64,000 nucleotides of DNA from Lama glama. Lineage: Eukaryota. Made by a program: the position numbers and the translations under genes. The stretch spans positions 47,802,001 to 47,866,000 of the forward strand of contig CM052827.1 of NCBI GenBank assembly GCA_028534125.1. The letters are read 5' to 3'. The notes under the pieces are model-generated. The model did no database searches, was not told where the DNA came from, and was given only the letters and a program-made list of their open reading frames with translations. How positions within the stretch are numbered: the first letter of the stretch is position 1; every line of letters starts with the position of its first letter. Shown in pieces: positions 55,207 to 64,000 of the stretch.

Positions 55207-55807
55207 TTTTTTTTTTTTGCATTATAGTTCATGTATAATATTATGTCAGTTTCAGGGTCACAACATAGTGATTCAGCATTTAACTGCATTACCAAGTGAT
55301 CACCACAATAAATCTAGTACCCATCTCTCCACATACGAAGTTATTACAGTATTATTGCCATATTCTTACGCTGTATATCAACATCCCTGTGACTTGCTTA
55401 TTTTATTACTAGAAGTTTGAATCTCTAAATTTCCTTCACTTATTGCACCCAACTCCCAACTGTTCTCCTCTCCTCCTCTCCTCCAACCACCCATTTTTTT
55501 GTCTGTGTCTATGAGTGTTTTCATTTTGTTTTGTTAGTATGTTTTATTTATTAGATTTCACTTACAAGGGAGATNNNNNNNNNNNNNNNNNNNNNNNNNN
55601 NNNNNNNNNNNNNNNNNNNNNNNNNNNNNNNNNNNNNNNNNNNNNNNNNNNNNNNNNNNNNNNNNNNNNNNNNNNNNNNNNNNNNNNNNNNNNNNNNNNN
55701 NNNNNNNNNNNNNNNCTTTAATAATTCATGTATCAGTGGTTGCTTCCCTATCTTGACTGTTGTAAACAATGCTGCAGTGAACACAGAGGTGCATACATCG
55801 TGTGCTC

Positions 55808-55847
<40 letters not shown>

Positions 55848-58800
55848 GTGCATACATCTTTTTCAAGTTCATGGTTTTGGTTTCTTTGGGTAAATACCCG
55901 GAAGTAGAATTGGTGGTTTATATGGTAGTTCTATTTTTTTTTTTGAGAAACCTCAATACTGTTTTCCATAGTTGTTGCACTAATTTATATAATCCCATCA
56001 ATAGTGCATGAGAGTTACCTTTTCTTCACATTCTTGCCAACACTTGTTATTTGTTGTCTTTTTGGTGAGCCATTCTGACAGGCATGGGGTGATGTCTCAT
56101 TTTGGTTTTGATTTGCATTTCCCTGATGAATAGTGATGTACACCTTTTCACGTATCTGTTGGCCATGTATGTCTTCTTTGGAAAAATGTCTGTTCTGATC
56201 TTCTGCTCATTTTTAAAAATCAGGTTTTTTTGATGTTGAGCTCTATGAGTTCTCTGTGTATTTTGGATTTTAATCCCTTATCAAATATATATTTGCTAAT
56301 ATCTTCTATTTAGTAGGTTGTCTTTTCATTTTGTTGATGACTTTCTTCACTGTTCAAAAGCTTTTTGGTTTGATGTAGCCCCATTGAGTTATTTTTACTT
56401 TTGTTTTCCTTGACTGAGGAGACAGGTCCAAAAAAATATTGCTAAGGCTATTGGCAAAGAGCCTCTGTGTTTCCTTCTGGGAGTTTTATGGCTTCAGGTC
56501 TTACATTTACTTAATGTATTTTGAGTTTCTCTTTGTATATAGTGTTAGAAAGTGATCTGGTTTCATTCTTTTGCATGGAGCTGTCCAGTTTCCCCAGCAC
56601 CATTTATTGAAGAGAAAGTCTTTTCCCTATTGTATATCCTTTCCTCTTTTGTCATAGATTAATTGACCTAAAAAGCCTGGATNNNNNNNNNNNNNNNNNN
56701 NNNNNNNNNNNNNNNNNNNNNNNNNNNNNNNNNNNNNNNNNNNNNNNNNNNNNNNNNNNNNNNNNNNNNNNNNNNNNNNNNNNNNNNNNNNNNNNNNNNN
56801 NNNNNNNNNNNNNNNNNNNNNNNNNNNNNNNNNNNNNNNNNNNNNNNNNNNNNNNNNNNNNNNNNNNNNNNNNNNNNNNNNNNNNNNNNNNNNNNNNNNN
56901 NNNNNNNNNNNNNNNNNNNNGCACTGACTCTGTAGATAGCTATGGGAAATATGGACATTTTAATAAAATTAATTCTTCCTATCCATAAACATGATANNNN
57001 NNNNNNNNNNNNNNNNNNNNNNNNNNNNNNNNNNNNNNNNNNNNNNNNNNNNNNNNNNNNNNNNNNNNNNNNNNNNNNNNNNNNNNNNNNNNNNNNNNNN
57101 NNNNNNNNNNNNNNNNNNNNNNNNNNNNNNNNNNNNNNNNNNNNNNNNNNNNNNNNNNNNNTTAGTGTGTAGAAACACAACAGATATCTGTATATTAATT
57201 TTGTATCCTGCAACTTTCCTGGATTCATTTATTAGTTCTTATCATTTTTCTGGTGAAGTCATTAGGATTTTCTATATATAGTGTCAAGTAATCAGCAAAC
57301 AGTGGTAGTTTTACTTCTTTTTCAGTTGGATTCCTTTTATTTCTTTTTCTTATCTGATTGCTGTGGCTAGGACCTCCAATACTATATGGAATAAAAGTAA
57401 AGAGTGTGAGCGCTCTTATTGTGTTCCTGATCTTAGAGGAAATGCTTTAAGCTTTTCACCATTGAGTATGATGTTAGTTGTGGGTTTGTCATATATGGCC
57501 TTCATTGTATTGAGGCATGTTCTCACCATACACACTTCTTTGAGAGTTTTTAATCATAAATGGATGTCAGCTTTTGTCAAAAGCTTTTTCTGCATTTATT
57601 GAGAGATCATGTGATTTTCATCTTTCATTTTGTTAATATAATGTATCACATTGATTGGATTTTGGATATGGAACTATATTTGTAACTCTAGGATAAATCC
57701 TACTTTATCATGATGTAGGATCCTTTTGATGTATCTATTAGAGGTTTTTGGTTTATGGTTCCCATGAAGTTCATATATAACAATCTGTGTATATGTATGT
57801 CTGTTATAAGGTGGTGATCTCTTAAGTTTGAAAGCATTCTAACAGCCCTACAATTTTACTTTCCCTCCATGTTTGATATTTTTGACATTATATTTTATAT
57901 CTTTTTTGTATGTGTTATCCCTTAACTACTTATTGTACATATAGATGATTTTACTATTTTGTGTTTTAACCTTCCTACTAGCTTTATAAATGGTTGATAT
58001 ACCACCTTTACTATATTTTTGCCTTTACCAGGGAGCTTTTTCATTTTACAATTTTCATATTTTTAGATATGGCCTTTTCTTTTCTGCTTAAAGAAGTCCT
58101 TTTAGCATTTATTGTAAGGCCAGAACTCTTAAGATTTTTCTTGTCTGTAAACCCTTTGTCTCTCCTTGAATTCTGAATGATAACCTTGCCAGGTAGAGTA
58201 TTCTTGTTTGTAGGTTTTTTCCTTTCATCACTTTATATATACCATGTCACCCTCTTCTGGCTTGCAAAGTCTGCTGAAAAGTCAGCTGGTATTCTTATGG
58301 GAATCCCCTTGATGTAACTAGTTGCTTTTCTCTTGCTACTTTTAAGATTCTCTCTTTATCTTTAAATTTTTTTCATTTTAATTATAACATGTCTCAGTGT
58401 GGATCTTTGGGTTAACCTTGTTTGGGACTCTTTGTGATTCTTCAGCCTGGGTGTCTGTTTCTTTTCCAAGGTTAGGGAAGTTTTCAGTTATTATTTCTTC
58501 AAATAAATTCTCTACCCCTTTCTCTCTCTCTTCTCCTTCTGGGACCCCTATAATACAAATGTTAGTACACTGATTTTGTTCCAGAGGTCCCTTAAACTAT
58601 CCTCATAGTTTTTCTGTTCAGCTTGGATAATTTCCACTACTCTTTCTTCCAGGTCACTGATCTGTTCCTCTGTATTCTCTAATCTACTGTTGATTCCTCC
58701 TAATATATTTTTCATTTCAGTTATTTTATTCTTCACCTATGATTGGTTCTTTTTATATTTTCTAACTCTTTGTTGAAGTTCTCCCTGTGTTCATCCATTC

Positions 58801-59400
58801 TTCTTCTGGGTTCAGTGAGCATCTTGATGATCATTACCTTGAACTCTATTAGGTAGATTGCTTATCTCCATTCCATTTAGTTCTTTTTCTGAGATTTTGT
58901 TTTGTTATTTCATTTGGAACATATTCCTCTGTCTCCTCATTTTGCCTAATTCTTTTTTTTAATGTACTAGTTAGGTCCATTGCTTGCCTCTATCTTAGAG
59001 TATATGTCCTAGGGGGCCCAGTAGCATGTTCCCCTCTGGCCACCAGAACTATATGCTTCAAAGTTGTTCCCTGTGTGGACTGTATACACTCTTCTGTTGT
59101 GGCAAGATGAATTACTGTGGGTGTGCTGATAGCTGGAGTTGACTTCTCACTCCCCACATAGCTGATTGTGAAGCCCTGCCTTGTGTTGTTGCTGTAAGAG
59201 TGTTGTTGAACAAAATGGGCTCTCAGTGTAACTGCTGTGGGTGTGGTGGTGGGCAGGGCAGTGCTCTGATGCTAATAGGCTAATGGGTAGGTTCCAAAAT
59301 GGCACCTGCCAGTGCAAGGTCATCACGGGAGAATGACATCACAGAAAAGGCTGCTGTCAGTGTCTCAGTCCCCAGGGGGTGTCTCAGCTGCCTCTTCCCT
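55207..59400 (-). mobile_element. Internally deleted L1 (5' region, ORF1, distal ORF2, 3' UTR)
   Basis: ORF1 coiled coil (58548-58736: KITEMKNILGGINSRLENTEEQISDLEERVVEI) and ORF2 remnants (KLQDTKL, CLWIGRINFIKMSI). Poly(T) near 55207. Confidence 0.88.
55802..55847 (+). pseudogene. 3'-truncated U6 snRNA retropseudogene (U6 nt 1-46)
   Basis: Exact GTGCTCGCTTCGGCAGCACATATACTAAAATTGGAACGATACAGAG, flanked by the 17-bp direct repeat acagaggtgcatacatc (55783-55799, 55842-55858), embedded in an L1. Confidence 0.95.
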
Positions 59401-62400
59401 CTCTAAAACTGACCCTCATATTCATAAAACTATTGAGCCTCTAGATCGAGATACTATCCAAACAAAATATTAACAAAATTCATACTTCATTTATTTAAAT
59501 TCATTTAAATAGAGCTACACTCTATGCAAAAGGTATGTTCAGTGAAAGGTGGATGCATCTAGTTTTTGGGAATCAAGCATATTTTTGACAGTAGCAAGGA
59601 CTGGGATAAATAAAACAATCCTATACTGAATAGCTTTATAGAGAAAGATTCCATTTGTGACAAGGATAATTGGATCCTGGTTTATCTTTTAAATCAGTTT
59701 AGATTTCCATATCGTGGCTTTTCTTAAAGTAGCCTCACCATCATATACATGTAGATACATTTTGATACCCTGGGTCAGGCTGAGTCTTGGTTTCCATTAC
59801 ACCTTGAAATCTCCCTTGTCACTGAACTCCTGCTTTGAAGTACTTTATTGAGCCAGGTCCAAAGAGTTTCCACTGCTGTGTCCTCCTGTCCAGGTTTCTG
59901 GTCAAGGTGTTGGGGACTGCACAGCTGCTTGACTCTTGGGAAATGATGTCATTGTTCCCAGGTTGTGAGTCAAAGAATGTTCAAATACCATGGTGGTAGT
60001 ATCGCCTCCAGTCCTGTTCCAAAGAGAGCTGCTGCTACTCAAGACTTTATGAAGGACCTGGGTAACAGTGGCATTCAGACTCATCCCAGGATACCGTCGA
60101 GATTGCACGTAGCACTACAACACACACAAAGTCAGCTTGTGGTCCCAGGTCAGCCTTCAGTGATTCCTACACAAGTGAGTAGATGATCTGATTTCCCCAC
60201 TGCATAATGTCTGTTCATATATCCCTGGCCTGATGAAATTGTGAAATATGAATCATTAACTAATGACTTTGCTCAGTCACTGAAATTCACTATCCTGACC
60301 CCCTTCCTTTTGTAAGACTTACTCACAAACTCTATAATCATTTTCTAAACTTTGTGAGTGAGTGTTATATAAGCCTGGGTATCTGTCAACTGTGATTTTA
60401 TGAAAGTTAATGTATTTTACTCTGCGCTATCTTGATACTTCCTCCTTGAGTAGTTTTCAAACTGAATTTTTTTCAATTTGTTTTGTGATCATTACTCTTT
60501 ACTTTTTATTCTTTTTTTTTTACAATTTCTAGTGGAGTGTATTCCCCCAATTCATCTGTGAAAGTTCATTCTAGGGTTTCCATTGAACCTACCTCTTTGT
60601 TTATCCCACTGTCCAGGTTCACAGTTTTCAGTAAGATTTTCCTAGGAATTTTATCTGGGTCTATATTGGAGAATTACAGTAAATGAGCTGTATATAATTT
60701 TCAACTTTCAGACAATCTTAAAGTTCAATGCTTGTTTCTGCTACCCCAAAAGCATTGCTTCTGGAATGTTCTCTCCATAGATTTTCTTAAAAATTAAAAA
60801 AAAATCTGTACATTTAAAGTCTGAAAAATTCTTGCTGTAAAACTCAAACTATATCTCGAGTAAAGAGTTATAATTTTCCTTCATTTCCTTCTCAAGAAAG
60901 ATGCTTGGAGTCTAGTGGTCCTTGTGCCTACACAACAACAACAAACAACAAAAAGCAAAAGTTAAGTTTGTTGGAGTATGTTATTTGAGTATTTCTAATA
61001 CAGGAACCCATGGCTACTCATTGGTTCTCTACAATAATTATGGATCTTTTAGCTGGAGGAAATCATCCTAGTAATACGTCCATCTTCTACCATTTAATGA
61101 GTGCCTATCATATGCTCAATCCTGTTTTCTTTAGATCTCTATTTTTAACTAAGTGTTTTATTTGCACAATCCCTGTTTAAAAGATGAGGAGTAGGAGGCT
61201 CAGAGAGGTTAAGTAACTTGTCCAGAGTCATATAGCTAGTAAGGAGCAGGACTGGCTTTGGAGCCTAATCTACGTAACTCCCCAAATCCATATGTATATT
61301 GGTGGTATGATGAAGCCAGCTCATTCTGGTTTGCAGCTCTTGATTCTTCACCCTTCTTTCCAACTCTGCCTTTAGTGACATCACGTTGGTGGTATGAAAT
61401 CCTGCATTTACACAGTGGAAATCTGCAAATTCTACAAACAAATGCTTTTGTCCCCTTAAGAGACCTTATTTTACCAAATTCTGTGTGTTGCATTTTGTCA
61501 GGCTACTCCTCTGAACAGGAAGACCATAGAATTAAGCCATGGGAGTGGTGAAGGGAAATAGTTTCCAGAAACCTTTGCCCAAATATGTCATACGTGTTTT
61601 TGTGACTGAATAAGCTATAAAACATTCCACAGCCAGAGAGCTCCCACTGACAAGCACTCAGTATCTATCCTCGGTCCCCCAAAAAGCACATTTTATGGAA
61701 GATGGGTCAGTGTTTGCACACTCTTAACGAGGCAGTGTCTCAACTCCTGGTACTTCACCATCTCCTCTGAATTTCTCACACGCTCTTGGGTGGAAAGAGG
61801 ATTCTGTGAATCTAGTTAAGTCAGATCTTCAGGGACTGATGTTACAGGTCGTGGATAAGCCAGGCTCGCTTTCCTCATCCTCCTCATCACCTTCTGGCCT
61901 TTTTACTGCTCATTAGCACCTCGGCCAGAGACCTGGGTTTGGGAAGGAATGAGTGGGTGTGGGACTCTCATCAGGCCACCTGGCTCCTTGCCAATGACTC
62001 TTATGTAGGTTTTGTTGGGAGAAGTAACTTAGAGACAAAATCATGGATCCCTAGCATATGTGGGTTTTCGTCAGCTGAACTACCCGGTTTGGCCTCACCT
62101 GCTCCCAGCACTCCCCATGCTGATGCCACGGATCATGATGTATTGGTTGCGTTAAATTGTCCTGCTCTGTGGTGTTTCATTCACTTCAGTACATCTCACT
62201 GGTGGCCGATTTAGTTAACTCCGTTTGTGTATCTCGCTGAGCATTGTGCAAGGTCAGAATGGCAGGAAAACTCAAATTGAATAATGCTCACCACTTCGAC
62301 TGTGGGATGAGTAAAAGGCAACTCGGGCAAGATTTCAAGGACATCTCATTAGCTGCTGCCCCTTAATTCTTCCCAAAATTGTACTATAAGGATATGCAGT

Positions 62401-62479
62401 AAACCCTCTACATATGTTACATCATTGAAAAATAAAAGCAGTAGTCAAGTCTTTGGGTAAAGCTATTCACTTAGCTCTG

Positions 62480-63430
62480 AATTTACCTCTTTCATTAAGG
62501 CATTTACGTATCAAGTATATTTCAGTGCCTAAGTCAGATACAGTGCTGGGGATGTGTGCTGAATGAAATAGTTTCTGTTCCCAGGCTGCTTGTCTTGTGA
62601 AGATAAGCAAGCAAGTAAGCTAAATAAAGGTAACTGCAAGTTACAGCAGGTGGGACAAAGCTAGTAAATAGGGTTCAGCTGTATACAGTGGTGAAGGGTC
62701 ACATTTTAGATGTTGTGAAGATGGACATGGAAGACTTCTCTGTGAAGAGACATTGAAACAGACCCAAGAAATGAGGAGAGACCAGCTGTATGAAAAGCTG
62801 GGAAGAGCATGAAGGCTGAGGGAACAGCACGCCCAGACACTCTGGGGTGAGTCTTACATGCCAGCTAGCTGAAAGAAGGCTGGTGTGTGTGATGAAGCAG
62901 GGGGAGAGTGGCAGGCAGAAGTTCCTGGGGACAAAGGTGGGCTGGGGGCAGATTATGGAGGGCCTTAGAGACCATGGTGAGCAATTCAGACTTAGTGTCC
63001 TAAGTGCAATGGGAAAGCTCAGAAGGGTTTTAAGCAGGGGAGTGACATGAAGTATGTATTTTAAAGGTCACACTGGCTGCTTCATGGAGACTGGCCCTGG
63101 AGGGGTCAGGACTGGAAATAAGGAGGCCAGTTAGGGGGTGTTGTGAGCTTTTAGGTGAGAGAGGGTGGTGAGAAGCACCATGGTGGTAGCAGGGATGATA
63201 AGGACAGGTGGGTAGAGTCAGGATACTTTTTGGAGGTAGACTTTATGGGACTTACTTGGTGAACTGCACACATGTCTGTGTGGGGATGGGAGGTCAAGAT
63301 AACTCCCAGGTTTCTGCATAGATGTGGTTATCATTTCTGAGATGGGGAAGGCTTGGGTAGAGTTAGGTCAGATGGTAAAGGGGAGGATTAAAAGTTCTGT
63401 TTGGAATGTATTCATCTCTAGATGCTTCCA
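62480..63430 (-). mobile_element. L2 LINE 3' fragment (similar pieces near 4530-4870, 21600, 22180-22510, 31440, 54830-55090)
   Basis: gagggttttaagcaggggagtgacatga...ttttaaaggtcacactggctgc...tttggaggtaga, typical antisense L2 3' region. Confidence 0.7.
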
Positions 63431-64000
63431 ACCTGAGCTCCAACTCAACTCATCATGCCCATAAAGACATTAGGAAAGGCTTCCTGTAAGAAAAATGAAA
63501 GAACAGCTCTTAATAACAACCGAAATGTTTGAAGTATATGCATCACATATTGTGAGCAAACCTACACTGGTTTCTGGTGAAAATTTTTCTCCTGAGTACT
63601 TATAATCTAATGTGCACATCTGCTCCAGAATTTTAGAAATCATTTGAGTTTCTGGGAAGCATTGTTTTGCTCTTTTTGAAGATTGGTTGGCAGGGTTATC
63701 TTCAGTCTCCTGCCACTTTTGTTACCCTGCGAATGCATATAGAATCACTGATGGGGATTCTGAGCTGTCATCTGCCATTTCTTCCAGCACTAATAAGAAC
63801 TGCTTCCATGTATGGAGCACGTACTTTGTGACATGCCCTTTTCTAGGAGGTTTCTTAATTTAAACCTCACAGCAACTCTGGGAAGTTACTATTACCACTT
63901 CCATTTTGGGGGGGGGAAATTGAGGGACAGAAGAATTTCTTTCCTTTTCCAAGTTCACGTAGCGAGCCAGGTCAAAGTCAGGATTAGATCCTAGATTGTT

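Noticed and set aside
55802-55847. Functional U6 snRNA gene
   Set aside because: Only 46 of ~107 nt, no upstream PSE/TATA, and TSD-flanked inside an L1.
27433-57281. ORFs spanning N-runs outside TBX15
   Set aside because: Artefacts of masked bases inside L1 sequence.
1-64000. CRISPR array, operon or other novel multi-gene system
   Set aside because: Mammalian intron/intergenic DNA; no repeat-spacer periodicity and no gene-dense coding structure.

Overview
Mammalian genomic DNA, probably camelid: there is a Vic-1-like tRNA(Ala)-derived SINE and Cetartiodactyla-type L1 3' ends. The only protein-coding gene supported is the 3' part of TBX15 on the + strand. It has a 98-nt penultimate exon (9016-9113), a 9.16-kb intron, and a terminal exon (CDS 18276-19060) followed by about 1.6-1.7 kb of 3' UTR. 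The rest (~21-64 kb) is gene-poor and repeat-rich: several solo LTRs, nested and internally deleted L1s, MIR, L2, CR1/L3 and hAT fossils. The N-runs look like length-preserving masks rather than scaffold gaps. I found no evidence for a new multi-gene system. The most notable items are retrotransposition footprints (a tailless U6 copy with a 17-bp TSD overlapping the ACAGAG box, a tail-only insertion near a TBX15 exon), a CpG-rich LTR with ETS+YY1+GC-box motifs downstream of TBX15, and an unexplained ungapped 148-bp diverged direct repeat. Repeat family names come from recalled consensus sequences, not from a database search.
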